DNA from: Escherichia phage EcS1
Length of the DNA stretch: 64,000 bases
Sequence record: NC_055721.1
Reading direction: 5' to 3' (one strand)
Shown here: positions 37,230 through 47,100 of the stretch, piece after piece
How the letters are laid out: each line of letters opens with the position of its first letter
Numbering within the stretch: the stretch's first letter is position 1
Notes under the pieces: model-generated
Databases searched by the model: none
What the model was told of the DNA's origin: nothing
The model's input: the letters and a program-made list of their open reading frames with translations, nothing else
Translations under genes and position numbers: made by a program

Positions 37230-38059
37230 CTTTCATAATTTTTCAAAACAAAGTCTTCATGCATTGTCATTTCAGTTACCCAAGTCAATTGAGCATGAGT
37301 TGTAGACACGTCAAAGTTAGAAGGTAGACCTTTGATTTCTAACTGACACAGCTCTTTAGGTTCACGTCGTAGAATTTCTTTACACTGTTCTACATGGTTC
37401 AAATAGATGTGTGTATTGCCGCCTGAGAACACTAAGTCACCTGGAATAAGATTACACATCTTCGCTACGATATGCACAAGAGCGGCGTATGACGCAATAT
37501 TAAATGGCAATCCTAAGAACACGTCAACACTTCGTTGATACCATTGCAAGTCTAGGTGGCCTTCACGCACGTTGAACTGATAGAACATATGACAAGGTGG
37601 AAGAGCCATCTTATCAATTTCAGCTGGGTTCCATGCTGAAACAATTTGACGACGATCATTAGGCATAGCCTTGATACGCTCAATTGTTTTAATTACCTGG
37701 TCGACGCCACCGAAATCTCGCCATTGCTTCCCATAAACAGGACCAAGTTCGCCACCAGAATAGCCAAGGTCTTTTGCTTGGTTTTCATAGTTATCGTCCC
37801 AAATAGTGTTACCGTCAAGATAAGAACCATGTGTACGGAATCGAAGGTCATTGACATTTGTAGAACCAGACAAGAACCACAGAAGCTCAGAGATACAGGC
37901 TTTCCATGCTAATTTCTTAGTCGTTACAGCTGGAAAACCTTTAGTCAGGTCCCAGCGTAGTTTAGTACCGAACAATGCTATCGTACCAGTTCCAGTACGA
38001 TCATCAGTTTCATAACCATTAGTCAAAATGTGTTGAATCAGATGTTGATATTGCTTCAT
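37196..38059 (-). CDS. td: Thymidylate synthase, uninterrupted
   Basis: 287 aa (T4 Td 286); conserved active-site region LPPCHMFYQF; no intron. Confidence 0.9.
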   Translation of the reverse strand: MKQYQHLIQHILTNGYETDDRTGTGTIALFGTKLRWDLTKGFPAVTTKKLAWKACISELLWFLSGSTNVNDLRFRTHGSYLDGNTIWDDNYENQAKDLGYSGGELGPVYGKQWRDFGGVDQVIKTIERIKAMPNDRRQIVSAWNPAEIDKMALPPCHMFYQFNVREGHLDLQWYQRSVDVFLGLPFNIASYAALVHIVAKMCNLIPGDLVFSGGNTHIYLNHVEQCKEILRREPKELCQLEIKGLPSNFDVSTTHAQLTWVTEMTMHEDFVLKNYESHPPIKGKMAI

Positions 38060-38469
38060 TAATAATTCTCTTGTAAAGGATAAAAGAGGATTTCACGTCC
38101 ATTCTTTTCGAATCGACCAATCATGATAACAGAATCAGAAGTATACTCTATATTTCCTAAAGCAGAGGCCTTTACAAGTTGTCCGTAATGAGGACAAACT
38201 TTCATACGTCCTTGGTCGAATACACCTGGACCACCTGCATAACAATAGAAATAGTCAGAACCACCACGAATAGCTTCTACGGCTACTTCTATTTTGTAGA
38301 TTCCATGTTCAAAAATATCAGCGGCATATCGTTGTGGGTCTTTTTTATATTCAGCAATTGTTGGTGCTGAAATCAAAGGACATAATGGCCAGTTCTTTTG
38401 TTCTTCACGTTTAAGTAATGTTAGGAGCATAATGTTCTTCCAGTGGATTGATATAAACTTCTGAGCCAA
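38059..38469 (-). CDS. Hypothetical protein, tandem paralog of 38411-38758 (frd.x-like); start uncertain
   Basis: C-terminal 80 aa align with upstream paralog (HGIYKIEV...IGRFEKNGREILFYPLQENY vs HGIYRVEI...TGRFYKIGSEVYINPLEEHY). Confidence 0.45.
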   Translation of the reverse strand: MAQKFISIHWKNIMLLTLLKREEQKNWPLCPLISAPTIAEYKKDPQRYAADIFEHGIYKIEVAVEAIRGGSDYFYCYAGGPGVFDQGRMKVCPHYGQLVKASALGNIEYTSDSVIMIGRFEKNGREILFYPLQENY

Positions 38470-38758
38470 TTTTGTAGAATCGACCAGTGATAACCATCAC
38501 AGGACCATTCTCTGAATCATTATAAGTCACATTACCTGCAGCATGACCTAAGAACCATGTTTTAGTAGAAGTGCCGATATAAACAGGCTCATTGCCTTTA
38601 TTGTTATACATGCAGCAGTCTTTAGACCATTGGTACAATTCATTGACTGGAATTTCTACACGATAGATTCCATGCTCGTGACGCCAATTCTTCCAGACTT
38701 TTTGTTTCTTGTCTGCTTCAAGAAGAGTTAAGTTATACCCCAGTTTTGACATATACAT
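38411..38758 (-). CDS. Hypothetical protein, tandem paralog (frd.x-like)
   Basis: See above. Confidence 0.45.
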   Translation of the reverse strand: MYMSKLGYNLTLLEADKKQKVWKNWRHEHGIYRVEIPVNELYQWSKDCCMYNNKGNEPVYIGTSTKTWFLGHAAGNVTYNDSENGPVMVITGRFYKIGSEVYINPLEEHYAPNIT

Positions 38759-39341
38759 CCTCGCTGATATTTGTTACTGCATCAATATGATAATAGTGAG
38801 ATTCTTTAAACAAGAAACCAGAGTCTTCGCGCGCTGGAGCAACAATAAAGCTCATTGGCAATTGAGTGTCAGAGTTCACCCTGTGACGTTTACGGATAGA
38901 GGTTTGTATTACCTTATCTGAGAATGGATAAGCTTGCTGAAGTAGTCCTGCACCACCTATCACTGAATATACACCTTCTTCACGACTAAAGATAGCATTG
39001 AAATCAGCATTAGGGCTAGAAACTTGAAGTTCATGACCGTTCAGGAATTTATCGAATTGATAGTCACTTATATAAAAGTGAGCCAATGAGCCATCTTGAG
39101 TTGTAGGATAGTCACGAGACAAATCGCAAACAACTACATGAGGGCGTCCTACTAGTGGCTTAGGGAAACTAGAAAACGTCTTAGCTCCCATAATTAAAGT
39201 AGTGCCTTCAGTACGAGCTTTAAAGTTTTTAAGGTCTTGAGGAATATGGCCCCATGGTAACCCACCATTTATTCCAAATGCAAATTCATTTTCGCCTGAA
39301 ACAGTTTTAGTCCCAGCATAAGCATAAATTAATTGAATCAT
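38733..39341 (-). CDS. frd: Dihydrofolate reductase
   Basis: DHFR signature GINGGLPW; start at MIQLIYAYA; position upstream of td. Confidence 0.85.
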   Translation of the reverse strand: MIQLIYAYAGTKTVSGENEFAFGINGGLPWGHIPQDLKNFKARTEGTTLIMGAKTFSSFPKPLVGRPHVVVCDLSRDYPTTQDGSLAHFYISDYQFDKFLNGHELQVSSPNADFNAIFSREEGVYSVIGGAGLLQQAYPFSDKVIQTSIRKRHRVNSDTQLPMSFIVAPAREDSGFLFKESHYYHIDAVTNISEDVYVKTGV

Positions 39342-39574
39342 TGATTTTCCCACCATTCAATAGCTTTTTTAACATCACAAAAATAATCAGAATTAATGCA
39401 ACCACCGAATTCATCGTATAGGCACACTTCAATGAAACTAAGGCGTAAATGACAATCTGATTCATGCATAGCTTGTTCTGCATGCATCTCAAAAATAGAT
39501 AAATCTGATGATGTGAATGCACAATGGAGAAGATAATTATGGTCTTCGCCTTTGTATGAAATTGTTGTAATCAT
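39338..39574 (-). CDS. Hypothetical small protein
   Basis: 78-aa ORF. Confidence 0.35.
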   Translation of the reverse strand: MITTISYKGEDHNYLLHCAFTSSDLSIFEMHAEQAMHESDCHLRLSFIEVCLYDEFGGCINSDYFCDVKKAIEWWENQ

Positions 39575-39774
39575 CGACGTACCTCTTCAGCCATTTCTTC
39601 GAGAGCAGGGATTAGTTTGCGGGAGAATTCAATATTAGGGCCGCGGCCTATACGAGAAAAGAAGCCTGAAGTCATTTCTTTATGAGCCTGACGCATTGCA
39701 TCGCGTACCAATAAGACTCCTTCAGCACGAGCATCTTTAAGCAGTTTATCAAGTTCTTCTTTACTAATTTCCAT
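39571..39774 (-). CDS. Hypothetical small protein
   Basis: 67-aa ORF. Confidence 0.35.
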   Translation of the reverse strand: MEISKEELDKLLKDARAEGVLLVRDAMRQAHKEMTSGFFSRIGRGPNIEFSRKLIPALEEMAEEVRR

Positions 39775-39868
39775 AGCCTTGCCTCATTCCACATTGAATA
39801 CACTTGCCACCAGCGAACATAAGTCCACACCCACAATACTTACATTCCCAATCAGTCAGAATTCTCAT
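39764..39868 (-). CDS. Candidate zinc-ribbon mini-protein (34 aa; CxxC-x10-CxxC), not in ORF track
   Basis: Manually translated MRILTDWECKYCGCGLMFAGGKCIQCGMRQGYGN; ATGA overlap with upstream stop and 11-nt overlap with downstream start. Confidence 0.3.
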   Translation of the reverse strand: MRILTDWECKYCGCGLMFAGGKCIQCGMRQGYGN

Positions 39869-40143
39869 TTTGTTTTCTTAGCAATTTTCCAGGCAGCTTT
39901 GAAAGCTTCGACTTCTTCAATTTCAATCCAAAAACCAGAACCAAAGCCATCGTCATAACAAGGACAGCCGTCGCAATAGTCTTCCCAAGTAAGATCACGA
40001 CCGCCAAGAGAAGAACCAGTTTCCATTGCACGCAGACGAATTTCAGCAGCTTCAATAGCTTCAGGGTCGTTACCTTCAATAGTGAAGTACCATTTTCCAC
40101 GATATTCATTACCTAAGTTGATTGAGTTACGTTTAAGTTTCAT
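39865..40143 (-). CDS. Hypothetical small protein
   Basis: Start at ATG 40143 with GGAG RBS downstream of promoter 40170-40198. Confidence 0.4.
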   Translation of the reverse strand: MKLKRNSINLGNEYRGKWYFTIEGNDPEAIEAAEIRLRAMETGSSLGGRDLTWEDYCDGCPCYDDGFGSGFWIEIEEVEAFKAAWKIAKKTK

Positions 40144-40169
40144 TTTATTCTCCTTGTTGGTGTAGAAGC

Positions 40170-40198
40170 ATAATACCATACCTCTACACCGTTGTACA
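40170..40198 (-). promoter_or_regulatory. Early-type promoter (-10 TATTAT, -35-like TGTACA) flanked by inverted repeat GGTGTAG/CTACACC
   Basis: Cassette nearly identical over ~45 bp to the one at 58003-58042. Confidence 0.45.
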
Positions 40199-40537
40199 CT
40201 ACTTATTGAAAGTCTTTTTGATCAATGCAATCATTTCTTCTGCATTGCCTTCGTAGACAGTCAAAGTTATCGACTCATCTTTTATTTTTTCAAAGTATTT
40301 GAATTCACCTTGTGCTAGTTCAAAGTAAGGGACAAAACCACCTGAACCTGCAACTTGCCCATTGGCAAACTCGATTTCATCTACATAAAGGTCATAATCA
40401 CATTTACTAACATTTCGAACAGTGAACCAACCACCATTCTTATCGATCAAACGAACCATTTCATTGTTACAATGAGCATTTTCCATGAAAGCTGAGGTGC
40501 ACTCTTCTTTCAAGCGATATTTTTTATCAACTTGCAT
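40199..40537 (-). CDS. Hypothetical protein
   Basis: 112-aa ORF. Confidence 0.4.
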   Translation of the reverse strand: MQVDKKYRLKEECTSAFMENAHCNNEMVRLIDKNGGWFTVRNVSKCDYDLYVDEIEFANGQVAGSGGFVPYFELAQGEFKYFEKIKDESITLTVYEGNAEEMIALIKKTFNK

Positions 40538-40539
40538 TT

Positions 40540-40770
40540 TTATTCACCTGATTCAACAATTGTATCAAAAAGTTCTTCAATCATTTCTGGGTACATGCCA
40601 ACACAGTACTCACGGTTTAGATAAAGATTGATAGTACGACGGTCACCTTCAATAGTGATTTCCATACTGTAACCATTAGTAACACATTCAACTTCTTTAA
40701 GATTGTACTTATCAAGACAAGTCTCTTTGAAATAAGCATAATCGTAGATATCAATAGTTACTTTAGCCAT
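40540..40770 (-). CDS. Hypothetical small protein
   Basis: 76-aa ORF with GAGGAAAAC RBS; early promoter upstream. Confidence 0.4.
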   Translation of the reverse strand: MAKVTIDIYDYAYFKETCLDKYNLKEVECVTNGYSMEITIEGDRRTINLYLNREYCVGMYPEMIEELFDTIVESGE

Positions 40771-40800
40771 TTTGTTTTCCTCACTTGTTTGTAGGAAAAC

Positions 40801-40829
40801 ATCTTACCACATCTAAATGAGGTTGTAAA
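40801..40829 (-). promoter_or_regulatory. Early promoter (-35 TTTACA, 17 bp, -10 TAAGAT)
   Basis: Immediately downstream of gene 32 terminator. Confidence 0.5.
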
Positions 40830-40842
40830 CAGATACAAAAAT

Positions 40843-40860
40843 GGGAGACCGAAGTCTCCC
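40843..40860 (-). terminator. UUCG-tetraloop terminator after gene 32 (GGGAGAC-UUCG-GUCUCCC then AUUUUUGU)
   Basis: 34-bp sequence identical to the element at 23002-23035. Confidence 0.7.
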
Positions 40861-40867
40861 ATCATTA

Positions 40868-41773
40868 TTACATACCTGCTAACAGAGCATCTAAGTCGTC
40901 TTCATCAGCACCACTTGGTGTGGTATCACGAGATTGGACATTAGTACGAGCTGTATCAGTAAAGTCTTTCATATCTTGGTCGAAGGCATCAAGTGAATCA
41001 CCGATTGCATCAGCCTGAGCAGAAGCTTTAGCGGCAGCACCACCAAGTGCAGCGATACCAAATACTTGTTCAAATTTCTTCTGGTTTACATCCAGAGTTT
41101 TGAACTTATCTTTAGAAGTCAGTTCGCTCAAATCAGACATATTGTCATTGAGGAATGTCTGGAACGTTTCGTCGTTGATATTAGGGATTTCAGATTGACC
41201 TAAGAATTTAGAGTCATCATAGTTCTTGAAATCACCGACTTTCTTAGTTTTCAGTACGAAGTTCGCACCATCGAAAGGACATGTCACATCGACTGGAGTT
41301 TCACCGATAGAGGTATCAACTTCAACCATTGCTGTGATTTTGTCGTATACTTTCTGACCAAAACGGAACTTGAATACTTTACCTTCTGTTTCTGGGTTAG
41401 CTTTATCTTGAACAACCAAGATGTTAGCCCAGTATGAAGTCTTACGCTTCAGGAGTTGGTATTCAGGCTTATTCGTATTGTACGAATCATTTTTAGACAG
41501 ATATTGGCAAACTGGACAGTTATCAAAGTCACCATGAGTAGAAGTACAGTTTTCGATGTACCATTTACCATTTTTCTTGAAACCGTGATTCACCAGCTTA
41601 GCAAACGGAAGACCTTCATCACCTTTACCTGGAAGGAAACGAATAACAGCCATGCCATTACCGTTGTCGTCTTTCAATTTCCATTCATTCTTATCGTCAG
41701 AAGAGAAACCTTGACCACCTTTCAGAGAAGCCAGTTGTGCTTGAAGAGCTGCAGGATCTTTACGCTTGAACAT
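40868..41773 (-). CDS. 32: Single-stranded DNA-binding protein gp32
   Basis: 301 aa as T4 gp32; near-colinear ([45 protein letters not shown]). Confidence 0.9.
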   Translation of the reverse strand: MFKRKDPAALQAQLASLKGGQGFSSDDKNEWKLKDDNGNGMAVIRFLPGKGDEGLPFAKLVNHGFKKNGKWYIENCTSTHGDFDNCPVCQYLSKNDSYNTNKPEYQLLKRKTSYWANILVVQDKANPETEGKVFKFRFGQKVYDKITAMVEVDTSIGETPVDVTCPFDGANFVLKTKKVGDFKNYDDSKFLGQSEIPNINDETFQTFLNDNMSDLSELTSKDKFKTLDVNQKKFEQVFGIAALGGAAAKASAQADAIGDSLDAFDQDMKDFTDTARTNVQSRDTTPSGADEDDLDALLAGM

Positions 41774-41849
41774 ATTTTATTACCTTATTTAAATTAACAG
41801 TTTATTTTATTAGTTGATGTGACATAATGCCTCACATCTGGCATACTGA

Positions 41850-41857
41850 TATTTATA
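41850..41857 (-). promoter_or_regulatory. Possible late promoter box TATAAATA (minus) upstream of gene 32
   Basis: Exact 8-mer ~77 nt upstream of start; could be chance. Confidence 0.3.
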
Positions 41858-41858
41858 A

Positions 41859-42512
41859 TCAGATTTTGCAACTCTTGATAGTTTGTATAAAGAGCGTTTT
41901 AGCTTCCAAGGGATTAATATTCAAAATCTTCTTGTAAGCTTTCAATTTAATCGAATAATTCGACCAAACTAAATCAGTAGACAGTTCGTCATGTTTATCT
42001 ATTATATCCAAAAAAGAATCAAGCAAAATAAACGTTTCAAAACTGATAACGTTTGATTGGAGAAGCTTGAAGATATAACTCGAGCTGACGTTCTTATTAT
42101 ACACAAATAATTCGTTAAGCGAATTGGTTTCAACTTTCTGAGCGAAGTAATACATGTTCTTAATATCATCTTCGAACACGGTTTTAACTCGTTTCAGTTT
42201 ACCAATATATTCACGATAAAATACTAACGCGTCAGCATCACTGATGTCGCCAATCCATGCATCTTGGTTAGCAACCAAGTTACTCATGAATATTAATGTT
42301 AGTTCTTTAAGAGTGTATTTGTCAGCTAGTTTTTCAAAGAAATACTTGTCACGACGTTTGTTATAGGCTGCGTCAGAAATTCGCATGGTCCAATTATACT
42401 TTATAACGTCGTAACGACCATTAAAGTGCTGTTTGAGCATCAAATACAACATATAAACTGATTTACCATTTATATGTCGTGTATTATTAGGAGGCATGCG
42501 AATTTGAATCAT
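41859..42512 (-). CDS. 59: Helicase loader gp59
   Basis: 217 aa as T4 gp59; strong match (GKSVY.LYLM.KQH.NG.YDVIKYNW, ANQDAWIGDISDADALVFYREYIG). Confidence 0.9.
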   Translation of the reverse strand: MIQIRMPPNNTRHINGKSVYMLYLMLKQHFNGRYDVIKYNWTMRISDAAYNKRRDKYFFEKLADKYTLKELTLIFMSNLVANQDAWIGDISDADALVFYREYIGKLKRVKTVFEDDIKNMYYFAQKVETNSLNELFVYNKNVSSSYIFKLLQSNVISFETFILLDSFLDIIDKHDELSTDLVWSNYSIKLKAYKKILNINPLEAKTLFIQTIKSCKI

Positions 42513-42817
42513 AGCAAGAAATCCAGGGTATTTGTTCGTTGAGTACGAGCCATAGATGGACGAAGAAGATTATCGTCAATGGCTTCGCTCATAATTTTAT
42601 CAATTATACCAGTCGGAATGAATCGAGCAAATTGACCTTCTGGAACAGAGTTTTCTTCAAGCCAGGCAGTCGTTACTTCAAGATAAGAAGAACCGGTTTT
42701 AGCAACCAGTTTTTCAATATCGAAGCCATTTTGTTGTTTATCTAAAGAAGTATTGATATCATCTTTAGTAATAGGGGCGCCAGCCCCATCATCATTTAGC
42801 AGGGAAAATTGAGTCAT
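42509..42817 (-). CDS. 33: Late transcription co-activator gp33
   Basis: Start at MTQFSL as in T4 gp33; conserved C-terminus (LEENS.PE.QFA.FIP.GII.KI.SEAID.NLLRPS...TNTLDFLL). Confidence 0.8.
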   Translation of the reverse strand: MTQFSLLNDDGAGAPITKDDINTSLDKQQNGFDIEKLVAKTGSSYLEVTTAWLEENSVPEGQFARFIPTGIIDKIMSEAIDDNLLRPSMARTQRTNTLDFLL

Positions 42818-43082
42818 ACAGTTCAACAACCTCTTCTTTCTCAGATTCAAAACGATCACGTGTACCTTTGTGATGCAGAGAGAACACTTGGCCAAACATT
42901 TTACCGTCTACACCAAGTTCTTTCTTAGCTCGAGTTTTGATTTCTTTAATTTGGTCGCCATAAGCTTCCATTTTCAATTTAATATCAGAAGCTTCTTTAA
43001 CCATTTTAGCCAAGTCAGCACCATGGACAGCTTCGTCAAATTCAACTTTAAATTCTTTCTTTTCTTTAACTTCTTTAGACAT
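42792..43082 (-). CDS. dsbA: Double-stranded DNA-binding protein DsbA
   Basis: Matches T4 DsbA as recalled (EFDEA.HG.DLAK..KEASD.KLK, ELGVDGKMF, EEVVELYD). Confidence 0.8.
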   Translation of the reverse strand: MSKEVKEKKEFKVEFDEAVHGADLAKMVKEASDIKLKMEAYGDQIKEIKTRAKKELGVDGKMFGQVFSLHHKGTRDRFESEKEEVVELYDSIFPAK

Positions 43083-43090
43083 TATTCACC

Positions 43091-44032
43091 TCAAAAATCA
43101 TTCAGATTATTCATTAATTTAGATAGACCAGATTTCACGAAGTAAGAATAAATTCGTGAACGTGGTGGGACCTTGTAGCTATTATAACGTTCCATAATTA
43201 AAGCTTTAATGTCAGGACGAATGAAATCCATATCGATAAGAATACGGTTTTCTTTAAATCGTTCGAACTGAACAGGAGTCAATAGAGATTCAATTTTTTC
43301 TAAGTCATAATAATGTTCAGCGATATCTTCAAGTTCTTTTTGCTTAGTAGGAGGAGTACGTTCACCTTCCACTTTAGTCAACCAGAAATCACCACGAACT
43401 TTGATACTTGCGACGTTATCTTTCTTATCGCCTTTAACTACTTTAGTTACACAATCGAGTAATGGAGAACCAGTTTTAGATTTTACCCATTTCTTGAACA
43501 TTGGTGCCCATTGCTTCAGATTAGGCAATTTATGTAACTGAGTGAAGTCACCATCTGATGAACAAACTACAACTGGATGGCCAAGGAAAGTCAAATATTG
43601 AGACAAGATAGCAATATGATCATCAGCCTCTATTGTGTCAATATTCATGACAATATAAGGCATATATTTTTCAAGTTCATCAACTACTATATGTAGAGCT
43701 TCAAATAAACCAGCCCAATCAAACATGGACTCTTCACGGTCCAATGCGCGGTTTTTCTTATAGTAGTGAGCTTCTTGACGGCGCCAATACCCTGATTTAG
43801 AGTTATCAACACACACAATAAGATGTTCATAGCCTTGTTTACGGAACATCATTTTATTCTTACGCATAGATTGCAGAACTAAATGACGTAACATAGGAAC
43901 AGTTACTTTTGGAAATTTATTAGCTTCACCAAATTCAGTGAATGCAGCAGCCATAATAATCTGACTGAAGTCCATAAGGACAAAACCTTCTTTAGGACGA
44001 TCTTCTTCAGGAAGTAAAAAATCTAAACTCAT
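43091..44032 (-). CDS. rnh: RNase H / 5'-3' flap exonuclease
   Basis: 313 aa (T4 Rnh 305); position between dsbA and 34. Confidence 0.75.
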   Translation of the reverse strand: MSLDFLLPEEDRPKEGFVLMDFSQIIMAAAFTEFGEANKFPKVTVPMLRHLVLQSMRKNKMMFRKQGYEHLIVCVDNSKSGYWRRQEAHYYKKNRALDREESMFDWAGLFEALHIVVDELEKYMPYIVMNIDTIEADDHIAILSQYLTFLGHPVVVCSSDGDFTQLHKLPNLKQWAPMFKKWVKSKTGSPLLDCVTKVVKGDKKDNVASIKVRGDFWLTKVEGERTPPTKQKELEDIAEHYYDLEKIESLLTPVQFERFKENRILIDMDFIRPDIKALIMERYNSYKVPPRSRIYSYFVKSGLSKLMNNLNDF

Positions 44033-44093
44033 TTCAATGAACCCTGTTCAATTAGTCAACTCAGTTATTCTAACATGTCATATGGACAGCGTT

Positions 44094-44101
44094 TATAAAT
44101 A
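44094..44101 (+). promoter_or_regulatory. Late promoter box TATAAATA for gene 34
   Basis: Exact box ~32 nt upstream of ATG 44133. Confidence 0.55.
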
Positions 44102-44132
44102 ACTCTATACTCTAGACCTAAGGAAAATTAAT

Positions 44133-47100
44133 ATGGCCGATATTTTAAAACCTGCTTTCCGTGCCACATCCGGCCTTGATGCAGGTGGCGATAAAGTTAT
44201 CAACGTTGCGAAAGCTGATTTCGACGTTTTAAGTGATGGTGTTAACGTTGATTTCTTCATTGAAGAAAACACCATCCAAGAATATATTGAAACACGTGCA
44301 TACCGTCAAAACTTTGCTGTTATGTTTGATGGACGTATCTGGACTGCTAAAGCTGATATTGCTTCACCTTCAGGGCCATTCCAAGAAGCACGTTGGACTG
44401 CATTACGTACTGACCCAAAATGGAAATATGTTACTTCAGGGGCGAACAATGCTCTTAATTCAGGCGATACCATTTCTGTTACTACTGAATTAGGCGATGT
44501 TGGATTCATTTTACCAAATGATCCACAAGATGGCGACACCATTGTAATTAAAGATGTCGGTGCGAAGGTTGGTTACAATTCACTTAAAGTAAAAGTATCA
44601 AACCAACAGATCGTTAATTTAGGTAACAAAGTAAATGAACTTCTGATTACCAAACCACGTTCAGAAAACGTGTTTATTTTTAGTAATCGTTTATGGTATT
44701 TTTATGCTGCTGAAGAAAGTATTCATGCAACTCAAATCACTGTAGCAAATAACGAATATCGTGCATCGGCTAGTGAACGTATCTTCCGTACTCACTCAGC
44801 GCCAGGTGCAATCATTGTTGTTCTGCCTAAATACGCAAACAATGGTGATATCATTTATTTCACTGACCTTGATGGGTTAGCTCCGTTACAACATTTAATT
44901 GTTAAGACATTTGATAACACTTCAAGTATTGGTAAAGCTGGACAATATCAGATTGAATCACGTACTTCGGCCGATGGCTTAGTTATCTACGATGCATCTA
45001 CTAAAGTATGGAAGATTTGGGACGGCGATATCAGACAACGTCTTCGTATTATTCGTGATGACGTAAATCTGTTAGCCAATGAAAGTGTCATGGTTTTTGG
45101 TGTTAATAACTCAGTTCAAAAAACAATTAACATTAAATTACCTGCTGGCGTTGCGATCGGTGATAAAGAACGTATCGCAATGAACTATATGCGTAAAGGT
45201 CAGAAAGTAATTATTACCGCTGCAACTGGCGATAAAATTGCTACTTCTAAAACTTTGCTTCAGTTCCCTAAACGTTCTCAGTATCCACCTGATGTTGAAT
45301 GGGTTAAAGTCGATTCATTAGAATTTGATGGTACCATTGATTATGTTCCTATTATGGAATTATCTTATGTGGAAGATGGTGCTGAAAAGTATTGGGTTGT
45401 TTCTACTAATGATCCGACAGTAGAACGTGTTGATGCAACTAGTGATGCTAATAGACAACGTTTAGGTGTTATTGCTCTGGCAAGCCAGGCGCAAGCTAAT
45501 GCGAACCATGAACAGACTCCTGAAAAAGAATTAGCTATTACTCCAGAGACTTTAGCTAACAGAACAGCTACTGAAACTCGTCGTGGTATAGCACGTGTAG
45601 CAACAACAGCTGAAGTTAATAAATTAACGACTGACACTTATGCTGATGATACTATTATTACACCTAGAAAGTTAAATGAACGTTCAGCTACTGAAACTCG
45701 TCGTGGACTTGCTGAAATTGCAACTCAGCCTGAAACTAATGCCGGAACAGATGATACAGTCATTATAACGCCGAAAAAACTAGAAGCACGTCGTGCAACT
45801 GAAACTATGGCTGGTATTGCGCCTTTAGTTGTTTCAGGTGGTATTCCAGGTATTGACCGTGATACTGTAGGAACTGGCATTTACGAACGTACTGAACATA
45901 CTCGTCAAGTAACGCCTAAGACCTTGTTTGAAAATAAGGCTACTCAGACGGCGCAAGGTGGTGTTTGGATGGCAACTGGCAATGAAACTATTGCTGGGGT
46001 AGTTGATACTCCTGCGATGCCTCTAGCTGTGTCTCCTGAACAACTACATAAAAAGACTGCTACTGAAACTCGTATTGGTTTTACCGAAATTGCTACACAA
46101 CCGGAAACTGATGCTGGGACTGATGACTTCAGATTCATTACGCCTAAGAAATTAAATAACCGTAATGCTACCGAAACTTTGACAGGTATATCGCGTGTCG
46201 CGACACAAGTGGAATTTGATGCTGGTACTTTAGATAATGTTATTTCAACTCCGTTGAAAATTAAAACTAGATTTAATGATACCGCTCGTACTTCTGTTAT
46301 CCCAGCCAGTGGTTTAACTGAATCAGGAACTCTCTGGAACCATTATACACTGGATATTCGAGAAGCATCTGAAACACAACGTGGTACAGCTCGTTTAGCG
46401 ACTCAACTTGAAGTAAATACTGGTACAGATGATAAAACAATTGTTACTCCTTTAAAACTTCATAGCAAAAAAGCTACTGAATCTTCTGAAGGTATTATCC
46501 AAGTAGCAACTCAGGCTGAAACAGTTACAGGCACATCTCCAACTAAAGCAATATCGCCTAAGAACTTCAAATATGTTGTTCAACAAGAAACGACTTGGGA
46601 AGCAAGTCCAACCACTCGTGGTTTTGTTAAGATTTCTGAAAATGCTATTACTTGGGTAGGTAATAATACAGCTGGGTCTACTAAACCATTAGACCAATAT
46701 GTGAAATCTGGGTATGCTATTTCTCCATATGAGTTGAATAAAACTCTGGCTAATTATTTGCCATTAATGGCTCAAGCTGAAGATTCACGTAATTTAGATG
46801 GACTTGATTCACTTCAATTCATCCGTCGTGATATCGACCAAACTGTGAATGGCAAATTAACTCTGACCAAAGAGTTAGTGACTTCTGCTGCTATTACTTC
46901 AACTGCCGCTGCAACATTTGATTCAGTATTAAGTATCAAAACAGTGACAATTGGTAATAATACAGGTAATGCTATTTTCAATATGGCTGGGACCACGAAC
47001 CCATGGGCTATTTCTGCATTATCATCTAAAGATACTATTGAATTCAAGTCTGGTACTTCAGCTAATGCTTTAGTATTGAATAAGAATGGTGATACAACAA

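Noticed and set aside
37196-38059. Group I introns in td and nrdB (present in T4)
   Set aside because: Both reading frames are continuous and of the expected uninterrupted length; no intron-sized gap or internal endonuclease ORF
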